This document shows positions 40,852 through 54,100 of a stretch of 64,000 nt of DNA, piece after piece (within the stretch, counting starts at the first letter, position 1; every line of letters begins with the position of its first letter). The notes below the pieces were generated by a model. That model did not search any database, had not been told where the DNA came from, and saw nothing but the letters and a program-made list of their open reading frames with translations. Origin of the DNA: Lingula anatina (lineage: Eukaryota > Animalia > Brachiopoda); NCBI GenBank assembly GCA_051362555.1, contig CM120640.1, positions 43,006,788-43,070,787 of the forward strand, in the 5' to 3' direction. The translations under genes and the position numbers were made by a program.

Positions 40852-43800
40852 ATGGAAGAGGAACACGCATCGAAAACCTTGTTCATTCGGAATTTGCCGT
40901 ATTCCACGACTAATCAAGACCTAGAAAAAATATTCAGTGACGTAGGACCATTGAAACAGTGTTTTGTAGTAAAAGATAATGGTAAATATATAGTCATATG
41001 GACATTTGTCATATTTTAAGTAGGTAGACCAACAAAAAAAAATTAGGATGTGCCAGATAAACACGAGTTATATCTTCTGAAAGGTCTTTTTTATCCAGAC
41101 TGTTGTGTATTTGAAATTTGGATAGTTCTAAAATTAAAGAAAAAATCACAGTTTTTTTAATAGGAATATTAGGGCGAATGTGTCCCCCCATTTTAGCCAG
41201 AAAGTTGTGACCACTGAGCACTATTGTACCAACTCAAAAACATACTTTGCCTTGATGAATTCTCATGGGGTTTGTTGCATAAAATGACAAATGTTCTATA
41301 CTTTCACAAGTATTAGAATTTAAGCGTAGAAGATTTCTGTATAGGTTGTTAAACGAGGTGCCTCAGTGGTCACTGGTCACAGGCTGGCCAGTGCTGCTGC
41401 AAGACAGGATTGACTGTGGCGCTTCTAGAGCATTCTGATATATACCTTGAGTGGAGGGGTAGTCTTGACTTTATGAACATTTTGCCCCTGTAATATGTAT
41501 TTTATGTTTTATATATATATTGTGCAGTCTAATGATACCAGTGCCTAGTAATAAGGTTGAAGATCATTAAAAAATGTACGTTAGAATCTCTGCGGTAATG
41601 ATATTTATACCAGTATTAATACATATTATTTTCATGTATTTTGGACCCTTTGATTGTTTTCCAATATTTTGCAGTATGTTTGTCATCTACTAATTTTTGT
41701 TTATGTGTTTGTATGAACATCAAGTTCATACTTCCATATATATTTAAGAAATAACTGCACATGTATTGCTTTTTCTCCTAGATAATCCAAACAGATGTAG
41801 GGGATTTGGTTATGTGACTTTTTCACTCAGGTAAGAAAGATATATATAAACCATTGAACTTTCGTTTGGGCAAAGGCTTAGTCATTAATCTCTGGTTACC
41901 TGCATATATTCAAGACTTCAATGTTAAAGTAAATTTACACGAGACTGGGAGCAGTCCATTAAGCACTAGAATTAAAGCTTACCATAAAAGAAGTACCAAG
42001 GCCTAGCTGGATGTGGTAATAAAAATTAGTAATGTGTATTTTAATGAACAGATTTTTCTAAAAGAAGTGCATAGTATTGGTATAGAAACATTAAGAACAG
42101 CTTTTGAATGAATTGGACTCTTCAGTGCATTTTTTTTTGTGGGCTCTTCAACATTGTGCTTACACTAAAGAATTATTCTGAGAAACAAAATTAAATGTGT
42201 AGCAGATTTTTAAATTTTGTAAATTGTAGGTTGACATGATACCGTGATAACTCTATTTTTTCTTCTTTACCCAGAATGTTCAAAATCTGCATATTTTTAG
42301 ATGAGTTAAGCTACCGGTATGAATGATATTAATGTTGTATGTTAACTTTGCTTTGTTTGAGGCACACCAAAGCTGGTTTTTCTAACTTTTCTATCTCAAA
42401 CCATAGCTTTTTTTTCATTGAATAGTCTTCTCAACACAAAGTGAGAAAGCCCTATGCTTCGTTCAAATTTTTATTTGTTTTAGTTTAACCAAAAGCTTTG
42501 TAGTCTAGATGGCACTAAAGTTGCTTTGCCATTGCTTAGTTTTATTTTTGTTTTTCAGAGAAGATGCTGTGAAGGCCAAGGATGAAGTTAAGGCAGTAAA
42601 TGCAAGGAAACTGCACATAACCTTTGCTGACAAAAAGTTCAAGAAACTAGCTGGAAGAAACAAAAATGTCACAGGTTGTGATTTTTATTTATGTTTTTGG
42701 TTTACATTTATTGATATTCAAGCTCCGTGTGTACGTTGAAATATTTAACATGTAGTATGCATTTATAAACACATAGCAATAAGTTTGTACAGTTTGAGGT
42801 AGCTGTCAGCATTTTTTCATTTAAGGACACTATTCAAAACAACTGTGTAATAATGTTAGTTGTTATCTTGTACACATTAACTTACATTTATCATTCAGTC
42901 AAAAATTACCTAGGTTAAGATTTAATATATTTATCAAGTTCGTTCAAAATGTGGTATTTGGTTTTAGTGAACTTCAGCTGGCAAAACTCAGAGTTTGATC
43001 AGCAATGCTTTAGATACAGGTGAAATGTGTTTGTTTACAATCAATTTCATTACAGACAGGGAAAAAACTGAAGGATTTAACAAAGCAAAAGAGAAAGACA
43101 AAAAAGAAAAAGTTAAACAAAAGAAGAAAAAGAAGACAAAGAAACCCCGACTGATCATAAGGAACCTGCCTTGGAAGGTAAACACTTTGCAAATAATTTT
43201 ATGCACAGAGAATGAAAACACCCACAGATATAAATTATAGTTAAATATGCTGATTTTCACCATTTTGCCTATATATTTTCACTATATTGCATGAGGTAAA
43301 GGGTTTTTATATGCATTTGATGCCTACCATCTCACAGGAGAACTTCAAATAAACCTCAGTTGAAAATGTCTTTGTAACCATACCCAGAATTGAGATTCAA
43401 ATGGGTTACTTAATATGATTTCAATTTTTTTCTATAGTGCACTGAAGAAGATTTGAAGACATTTTTTTCAAAACATGGTAGTATTGTGGAAGTCCGTGTG
43501 CCAAAGAAATCACGTAAGTGTTATACTGATTCAGACTTTTTCAGAGCCACTGTCATGGTGCATGCAAAAATATGTAAAATATATTTCTAAATACAGGAAG
43601 ACTTAGTTGTGGTTATTTATATAATTAGACAATGTCGAGGTAAAAAAGGTTTTCATTATTAGAGCCAGGAATGCAAGATTTTATCCAGAGGTATCAGTGG
43701 CAATACAAGGTCAGTCTCTACTTACTATTTTCACTGTCTAAAATTTGACAGATTACGGTGATTGCAAGAATAGTGCAACATTATTTTCTAAAAAAACGTT

Positions 43801-46800
43801 TATCCTCTTTGTGAACCTGAGTGGCAAAAGCAACTTTGGTTGTGAATACAGCTTTGTCTCTGCAGATGGCAAGTCAGCTGGGTTTGGATTTGTGGAGTTT
43901 ACAGACATGGCTTCTGCCAATAAAGCTATTACCAAGACCAACGCAACACAGCTTCTGGGTAAGTATATGTCAGAAGGAAGGGGCGCTGGTTGAGTTATGA
44001 TAAAACACCGTGAAAAGAAGAAGGCAAGAAAACTGTAAAGATTGTTTTTAGAAAAAAGCAGTCAGTGTAAACGTTTTACATTTCTTTTGTCATGGTTGAT
44101 GGACATAATTTGTTTAGATTACTCTAGCAATGGCTTATATTCACTGAGTAAAGAGAACAGCATGTAGTGTACTTTTCCTTTGATTTGGTATGACACAGAT
44201 CTTATCTTTGTTTAACTTGTAATTGCTGTAACCCTGGAATGTCATCCAGTTTAAACCAGGCATTTTGGTATATCCTATATCTTATCCATGTTTTATCCAG
44301 GCATTCAACCTAGATGGGGACATACTACCCTCTACCAGGACCACAGATTATCTATGTGCACTTTACAGTGGAGAAATGTGCCATGAATTGGCCATAAACT
44401 TATCTGTGAAAATCTAGTGAAAAATCAATCTGTGGACCTGGTACAGGGTACCTTTAACTAATTTTACAGGCCTGACTGCATCTTGGATCTCAATTTCAAT
44501 TTCCATAAAAATCCAATTCTTAACAAAATTATAATGATTATTATTTTATGCATTTAATTTTTAATTTAAGCAATAAACTTGTGACTAAAATCAGAGACAT
44601 GAAAAGAACCTGTGCTCCAGTGTCAAACATTTAAATTGATATTGTGGCAGTTGAAGTCATATGCTTTGCTTACATGTCTGTCTAAAAATTTACGTGATGT
44701 TGTCTGCACTTTCAGGTCGCCCTGTAGCTGTAGACTGGGCTATGCCCAAGGGAGTTTATGATAGAGAGCAGAAGAAAAAACAAGAACATCAGGGTGTGTT
44801 GTTAATAAAGATTTTAACTAAAATTAAGACTTTATTTATAATGGTAGCAGTTGGCAAATATACCCAGATTATTTGTCATCTCATTGTAATTTACTATCAT
44901 TATATCATTATCTGATGAAAAATATTTGTTTTAGATTTCTTTAATTCATATTTTGCGATATGTGTTAATTTTTTGGGAGAGGGGGGGAGGCATGTTTCAA
45001 TACACCACATGTATAGATGATCAGTGTGTGTCTGCCTGTGTGTGTGGGTGTGTGTGTGTGTGCATGTGTGTGTTTGTGCATGAGTATGTGTGTGTGTATT
45101 TACACATGTAAGTTTGCATTGTGATGTTTCAGGTTCTGAGGATGACTCTGGCTCCTTCAGTGGTAATGGATCAGATGATAGTGAGGAGGAGGGCAGTGAT
45201 GAGCAAGGTAACATTGTTTTTATCAGATATGCACTGACACCTGTTGAATTTTAATTGTACCGTTACCGCTTCTCCTCCTAGACGGTAAGGGCCCCCGTAC
45301 CCATCTCTTGGATTTAGGTCACCTATAATCTCAACTCGTTCCACATAAAATTTGGGCTTTGTCGGTATTGGGGTCTAGGTGTGGCACTCATTGCAATGCA
45401 CCCTTGTCTAAAAATGGCAAAATTAAAAGCTAATTATCTACCCTACGGAAGGAATTATGGGAAAATTTTCTACAGACGTCTTTCCAAAAGTCATATGTGT
45501 AGATTTCAAATATGCCCTTGGATTTGACCTTTGACCTTTTTTTCAAGGTCAAATGGGCCAAAATTTTCAAAAAAATGAATTTTTTTACGAAAAAAAAATT
45601 ATTTGCCCTGTTATTCAGACACCACACAGACTTAACCAATAATATTATTGGAAAGTGTTACCCTTCAGGTCATCTTTCATCTCTGTGAATTTGGGGTCAA
45701 TCGGTGCATTTTCACAGGAGTAGCGGCCATAAGATACCGAAACTGAAAACTCTCTCTAATTCGGGAACCGTTAATGTTAGAGACCCATTCTTTTTTGCGT
45801 TTTGTAGAGCATGTAAAGCCTAACACTGGAGGTGGTCTCCGTTTTTTTGTATTCCATACAGTTTTTGAGTTTCGCTGTATCAAAAAGTACATATTGGTGG
45901 TGAAGGCAAAATGTACAGTACGGTAATGGATAATAAATTTTGAACTCCGAAATAAAAAATAAGGCTTGGCAAAGCAGACAACTTGTGGTAAAAAATGACA
46001 TTATTTCATCAAATTTGAACTTCTGGAACTTCAGAGCACCTCCCATTTCAAGAATTTTGACCAAAATGACCTTTTCTTAATTTTAATTAATTTTTTCTGT
46101 AGGAAATTTATGGCACATTATGGTAACTCCAAAATTATAACATTTAGTCCCTTATATCTCCAAAACTGGCAGAGATAGGTCCATAGTTACTATTGAAGTT
46201 GAATAGGAAGTCATATACTGGCAATCTTACTGTGACCTTGAAATTGACCTTTGACCTACTTTTCACCATGAACTGAACTTTGCAAATTTTGCTTCCCTTT
46301 TATCTCCAAAACTGGCAGAGATAGGTCCATAGTTACTATTGAACTTGAATAGGAAGTCATATACTGGCAATCTAAATGAGACCTTGAAATTGACCTTTGA
46401 CCTACTTTTCACCATGAACTGAACTTTGCAAATTTTGCTTCCCTTTTATCTCCAAAACTGGCAGAGATAGGTCCATAGTTACTATTGAAGTTGAATAGGA
46501 AGTCATATACTGGCAATCTTACTATGACCTTGAAATTGACCTTTGACCTACTTTTCACCATGAACTGAACTTTGCAAATTTTGCTTCCCTTTTATCTCCA
46601 AAACTGGCAGAGATAGGTCCATAGTTACTATTGAACTTGAATAGGAAGTCATATCTTGGCTTGACCTTTGACCTACTTATTATCATGAACTGAACTCTGC
46701 TTATGTCTTTCTCTTTTAACTCCAAACCTGGCAGAGATAGGTCCATAGTTACTATTGAAGTTGAATAGGAAGTCATATACTGGCAATTTACTGTGACATT

Positions 46801-49800
46801 GAATTTGACCTTTGACCTACCTTACGATGAACTAAACTTTGATTGTACCATTTTTAGTTATATATATTTTTTGCATATTTTGAAAATTCTTGTTGATTGC
46901 ATTTTTACAGCTTGTCAAGCACAGGACTGGTGGCTGTGTCCCTTATTTTGTGTATGTGGGGGTCTGTACGAATGCTCCAGCTGGTGGTACAATATTTGGA
47001 GGTGGTATCGCCTCTCTGATCCTCTAGTTCTAATTGCAAATATCTCAACAAAACTAGCCACAAATGAGTCTATCATAAATGGCTTTGACAGGATTAATTA
47101 TCTGATGAGAAAGTATCTTTCGTTGCTGAGAGCACTTGGCTAGTCTGTATGTGGTCAGCTTTGTAATAGATTGCAGCAGTAGCTAGTGTTGTATTAGACT
47201 AAAGACCAGCCGCTGCTTTGTATAAGATTTTTATCAAAAGTGATACTTTGTCATTCCTCAAAATTAAATATAGTGCATTGTCTTGTTTGCTCTTTTACAA
47301 TAAACTTAGTTAACACGTTTTTGGTCAAAGAAGTACTGACTGATTTTGGGGTGTAGATTTTCATTTTTTTCCTGGACTGTTGTTCACCTTTTAAAGTGTG
47401 TTTATTCAAGTAGATTGGGTATATGTTGCTGTATGTTCATCAGTCATAATGGGTTTGTTCATAAGAATAGATCTTTTTCAGCAGTCAGCAGTGATGTAGA
47501 TAAGGGAGAGATCTCCGATGAAGAGGTAGATAGTGATCTGGATAATAGAGAGGATGAGGGAGAAAGGAGCATCAGTGAAGATGAAGATGGAGAAGAGGAA
47601 TCAGATGAGGGTTTTACTGATGATGACGATGATGATAATGATGATGATGATGCTGGTGGTGGTGATAAAGCAGAAGAAAAATGGAAAAGTATGTAAAGTC
47701 TAATGGTGCAAGTGCATCATACTCAAGTTAACCAGTTGTATTATGATGGAAATGTATTATGATGAATATGGAAAATATAACTACTTTGTCAGTTTGTCTG
47801 AATATTTTTTCCTCTCAATTCTTTGTTTGAAAGAACAGGATGATATGGGTTTTGATGTTTGTTTTATTTAGGCAAACTCAGACAAAACCTGAAGAGTGAT
47901 GTAGAAGAAGGAAGAACAGTTTTCATAAGGTGATCCATCACTGTTATTGGTTTTGGTTACTTGTTTATTGAATAGGCATTTCATTTGTCACTCTGTTTCA
48001 TGTAAAAAAAATAATGACTTAGATTTATTAAAATGTTTTAAAATTAAACTAACAATCGTATTTTTCCTCAATCATGTATGTTTGTATGTTATCAGATTTA
48101 TGTTTATATGAAGTCTTTTTTGTTTTAGAAACCTTTCATACGACTCCTTAGAAGAAGATGTGGAGGAAGCATTTTCAGAGTTTGGTGAAATTAATTATGT
48201 CAAAATTGTTCTTAACCCAGACACAGAACATTCTAAAGGTAAATAAGAAAAACTTAATTAAATTGTAAGATAAAGCTAAAGAGTTTTATATGCATGCACA
48301 GCTGTTAACTGACCTAGGAAGCTTTATCCCTTCAAATATCTTCATCAGACTGATTGAAAAGTAAGATTTTCTTTCCCTGGTAGTATATCTATGTCATAAG
48401 TTTAAGACTGAAGCTTTAATAGTCTGACATAAATCATGGCATTAGTAATTTTATAAACATACATGTATGTTGAAAATAGGTAATTATATTGGAGATTGTT
48501 TATTGAAAATGTAAGAGAGATCTTGTACAGAATAGTAGATTAAGTTAGGATGAAATGACCAGTGACACTAGCATTTGATTGATTTCTTTTGTAGGTTTGG
48601 CATTTGTGCAGTTCAAGGACCAGGAAGCAGCAGAGACATGTTTACAGAAGGCTAATGATGAAAAAGAAGTGAGAATTTGATTTTTTTGTGACACATGAAT
48701 GTGTCAGACATCAGCACAAGCTAAAATAAATTTTTAACTTGAGTAAATGTTACTGCTTATTTTGTGAAAGGTATTTAGTATTTTTGAAGTAGAATCTGAG
48801 ATAAAAAACACTATTTGGTGAAATAGTATTGAAAGTATGGCGTCTAGGCAGACTACATCTAGGAACATTTGTCACTTGAGGCAATTAGCAAAGAATTGTG
48901 TAATAGAAACATTTGTGTCAGGTGATATATAACTGTTGTTCATGCGTTCTTTATTGGATTGTTTCTAATGTTTTCTTTTCAGGGTGGGGGCATTGTTTTA
49001 GATGGAAGAAAACTATTGCTGTCTTTAGCAGTGGATAGAAACAAGGCTGCCGAATTGAAGAAAAAGGACACAGAAAAACAGAGCAAAGACAACCGCAATC
49101 TTCATCTGGCGAGAGAAGGAAGTGAGTGCAACAAGTCAGCTCATTGGAAGTTCTGGTTACATAGGATTGAGGGGAAATAATGTGATGATGCATAAAAACA
49201 CTGTTTTTCTGCAATGCTCACAATATTAGACATTGTTTTTGCAGTTTTATTTTCTAAAGAAATATATGACAGCTTTCTATCACTTTATTATGAAATATTT
49301 AAAGTGCATTTTGTATGTTTTCCTCAGTGATAAGAGCAGGCACACAGGCAGCAGAAGGCTTGAGCCAAAGTGACCTATCTAAAAGGATGAAGGTAAATAG
49401 ACTGGGGGATTCACATTTGGCTTTTGCATGGATTATAGTACAAGGGCTTTAGTCACATGCTTTTGAGATGAAATAATGTTAAGATCATTGGATGGAAAAA
49501 TGAAATATTAAATATCCTTGGTATGGATTGGATGTTCTTTTTTAGAGTTCCATAATGAGGTTTACTTGTGATTGAAAAGTAACATTTGTAGAGAATTTGT
49601 ATTGTACCAATTTCAAAAGTGACAGCAGTGATAGGTGATAGATGTATGAATTGCAATTTCAGGTAGAAATGTTGAAGAGACAGAAACTGAAGAACCCAAA
49701 TGTGTTCATTTCTCCAGTACGTCTCTGCATCAGAAACCTCCCAGTTCGAATAGATGACAAGGAGTTGAAGAAGATGTTCCTCAAAGCAGCACAGGATAGG

Positions 49801-51044
49801 AAAGCTAAAATAGTGGAGGTATGGTTACCACTGGTAATATGTTGGTGTTCACTTATTTTGTGGCCATTTGGAAATAAATTCAGATTAGGATGTGATGAAG
49901 AGAAAAGATTTTTAAATGAATTTCCAAAATTAAAAATGTTATTGAAAAACTGTTACAGTATGGTTATCTAGTAAAGAAATTTTGCCAATGTTCTGAATGT
50001 AGCTGGGCAAAAAGATTAAACACCCAGATTTTGAATAAAATGGCAGTTGTTAGGTATGTTTTGGACAATTTCGAGCTCTTTTTTCAGAGTCGTATAATGA
50101 GAGATTTCACCCAAGTGAATTCTCAGGGGGAAGCCAAGTCAAAGGGGTATGGTTTTGTTACGTTCACAGACCATGAACATGCACTCAAGGCCCTGAATGC
50201 CACCAATAACTCACCAGACCTGTTTGGTGAAAAGAAGGTAAAGTTTTGATTTGTGCTCTTTATGTAATGCATACTTTATGCCTCATTTCATTTTTAACCA
50301 CAGCCTGTGCTAAATACTTTTCAACTTAGTGATTATCTAAGCCACCAGGGACTGAGAATTTACTGTCCCAAACCAAAAATCACTGGCCCCAAGTCCAATT
50401 TTTGAAAAAAATAATTACTTTAAGTGGGACAGGCTTTCTATAAAAAATAAGAATAAAAACATAGGATTTTCAAAAGGTTATTTAAAGAAGACTTCATCAT
50501 TTAGTCTGAAGATTTATGAAACAGATTAGAGTGCATGTAATTATGTTACAGCTACAAAATCCACAGGCCTAATAAGGCCAGTAACTGACTATTTTTTAAG
50601 AAATTTTACTGGCCCTGTCCAATTTTTAATGGCATTGGCAGTTAGGCCAATGGTTAATGTCGCTGACAGGAACCAAATTTGGTAACTGTTGTATTGATAT
50701 TTTTGTTTGATGCTAAAATATTGAAATATTGGCTAATTCAGTGTGTAAATGTTTAGTTTTCCTAGTTGGACTATCAAAATGCTGAGATATAATATTGAAT
50801 ATCATTTCTTGATTTTCAGAGACTAATTGTTGAGTTTTCACTGGAAAACAAACTTGCTCTGCAAGCCAAACAGAAGAGGCTTTCAAGAAACCAGGTGGGT
50901 GCTGTGCAAGTTGCTGGGTCTCTTTTTGTAAATGGAAACATTTTCACCCTAAATTAATTAACTTCTTCTGAGAAATAAGCTTACCTTTTTCACCCTTTTC
51001 CATTTTTTGCGAATGCATGTACCTGCACTTAAAGTGTGAAGTGT

Positions 51045-51113
<69 letters not shown>

Positions 51114-54100
51114 TGACAATATTTTCTTTAATTGTGTATTTATTTATTTATTTATTTATTTATTTATTTTTCTTTAACAAATATATAAATATAAACCAAT
51201 ATAGAACAAATATCATACAATTATTTTCATTCTCTACTTCAGGCAAAAGAAGGAACATTGAAGAGAAAGCACAGTGACTCAGCAAACAGCACATCACAAC
51301 AGCCCTCAAATAAAAAGAAAAGAAAAAAACAGTCAAATGACAATGTAGTAGAGACACTTCTTTCAAAAGATAAAGTCAAAAACAAAGGTGATTCTAGTCA
51401 AAAACTTCCCAAGGGGCTTCCAAAGCATTGGGGCCCTAAGATAAGACATAAACCTAGGGGAGGTGGTAAGATCACAGGGAAAGGAAAGAAGAAGGAACTG
51501 AAGAATGCAAGACCACCAAGAAGTAGAGAGCATCCTGAGGCAAAGGTAAGTGAAGAATGCACAGATTCACACCTAACACAATGATTCTTTGTCTGCTTGC
51601 AAGATGTCACTCAGTGAATAGTTTTATAGGTCACATCTAACACACTGCTGTATATAAAAATAAATCCCTGTTTGACTTGCTTTACACTTCCCAAATACAG
51701 GGTTGAGCTAATGAAAGGGTATAAAAGTACCTCAAGAGTGACTTGGGCTTTTATAGCAATTTATGCATGTTGCATGCCACAGTTTTCTTATTTTCATCTT
51801 TGAATCAGCCATGTATCAAGTGTAGTTTATCTTCTTTGATTGTGGGATTATCATAGCATTATCATGAATACCTAACATTGGATTTAGAATGTACAAATAC
51901 TTTCTTCTTGCTGTTCTCCTGTTTTCATCCTCAGAAACTTAGGGTCCAGTATGTGAGTGCTATCAATGGAAAATGGATTTTTCGTGTAATGAGATACATT
52001 AATTGTTTTGGAATGAAGTGGAGGAAAGAGTGCTGTTACTCTAAAATTGCAGTGGAATGAAATTATCATTAATATCAGACCATGAAAGGCAATGGTTCAG
52101 CAATGTTCTATGGCCCATACATGCAAGAAAATTTTTTTTGATGTCTGAATTTAGTGTACTTTGGCTAGAAAATGGAAATAAATTCATTTTGCCCTTCAGT
52201 TTCACTGGATTATGTTTATATAATATTGAGTTTTTCTCAACCTTTACTGCTATTTCCATTGGCTAGGTGAAAAAGTCTTCCACAAAAAATTCAGCATGGC
52301 AGTATATTTAGGTAACATTTTTCCCCCAAGAAATGAGGAACATGATTCCTGTTCTTAAAGGATTCATCGCAGAGATCCCCATATTGTACCCTCGCAACTG
52401 TCTAGTCATGTAGTTAACCTTATAACATCAGCCAAAAAGATTTTCTTACATTTTGAGAATGGTGACTAATGTCTTACCCAAGATCTCTGGGATTTTATAA
52501 ATGTCTGTAATCTTAGATAAATGATTCACTTGATAAACAGTTGATGCCAGCTATAAAAGCAAGCAAATGAAGCTTAGATCATATTTAGAAAATTATATTA
52601 ACTAATAAATAATACAGTGGCCATAGATTTTGTTCTTTAAGATTTTTTTAATGTTATGATCTCGTAGAAAGTAAAAGCCAATACAACCTCACTTAAATCA
52701 AGATTCAATGATTCATTGCACTTCAGGGTAACCCAAGCACACCAAAATATGCAACTGATAACTAATGTGCTTCTGATTGATTAAGATGAATGTTTGTTGT
52801 GTAAGATCATAGCATACAGCATCAGTAATCTCAGTTCTTGCTGACATGCCACATTTTTGTCCAGTGAATAGAAATGACTAACTGATGTTAAAACATAGGA
52901 AAGTGTCAAAAAAAATTAATCAGTGGGTCATTAAATTTAGTCAAAAATGTGAATAATATTAATTAATTTTGGGTATTGGCTAAACAGATATTGTACTAGG
53001 GTTGCCTCTTGGAAATCCTCAAAGTATCTGATGTTGCATGCATCCTCATAGTAGTCATGCAGAAAGGAACAGGTAAGCAGGGAGAAGCATGAGGAAACTC
53101 AGCACAGTGACAAGTAGGCAGGTAGAGAATGTAAGGCTTAATCTTTGTGGGCATAAGATAACTGCCGAGTTATTTCATCCTATGTAACATGATGTCAGCA
53201 GATGGAAGGTGGATGGAGTTTCACTGAAAATTAACTCTGGAATTCACCATATGTCTGCTGTGCGTGTGCATTTTCCTGGCACAGCCTTGTGTTCGTAAAT
53301 GATACAAAGTTTTGTAGTGTGAAGATAATGTCTTACATTTGAAGAAACAGGGATGTCATGCTCTCCCAGTGTTTCTAATAAGAGTTCCTCTGATGACTTG
53401 AACATTATAAATTTTAGAAAAACCCAATGAATTTTCTAACTTTGCTAAAGCAGGTGTAAGATTTTATCTCATTTTTCCAAATTTAATCCCTTATTTGATT
53501 TGGTGCCAGATATCTGGCAGCTTGGATGGGGTGTGCTCAGGTTTTCTAATGCCATTTATAGATGACATTCAAATACCATCTTCTATATAAAACATTTTAA
53601 CATGCCAAACTAAAACATGAAGAGTATTGATTTTGGTTTGATTAAGGTTATTACAGTGAATTTCAGTGTTTGCAGCCGAACACAATCATGAATATTTGTA
53701 TATAATTAGCAGATCTGTACTGGATAGCTTTCTGAACTCCATAACTCTGATATAAACATCAATTTATTGATTTTCCCTGAGAAATTTCAGATTAAGTTAT
53801 ATTCACTAAAAGATACCTTCTCATACCATTCACTGATTGGTATTCTGCAGGGTTTTTAGAAACATTACTGTGCAGAATATTTTAATATTAAAATGCATCC
53901 TGGTGGAATGCTGGAAAATAGATCAAATACCAGAAAAATTGACATATAAAGTGCTCTAATTTGGATTTGTTATGATAGTTGGATTAAGATTTTCTAAAAG
54001 GATTACATAAATAACTAAAGGTTTGTGAAGGGCATTTAGTAAAGAAAAAACTACTAGATGTGACAAGATATTTTCAATTATGCTCAGTGCATCACACAGT

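Noticed and set aside
46157-46840. Regularly spaced repeats superficially like a CRISPR array
   Set aside because: Contiguous 146-bp units without unique spacers, in a eukaryotic intron, with no cas genes.
47742-47805. ATGATGA...CTGA C/D-box-like pair (also 49892-49996)
   Set aside because: Too short or lacking a terminal stem, and no recognisable rRNA guide.
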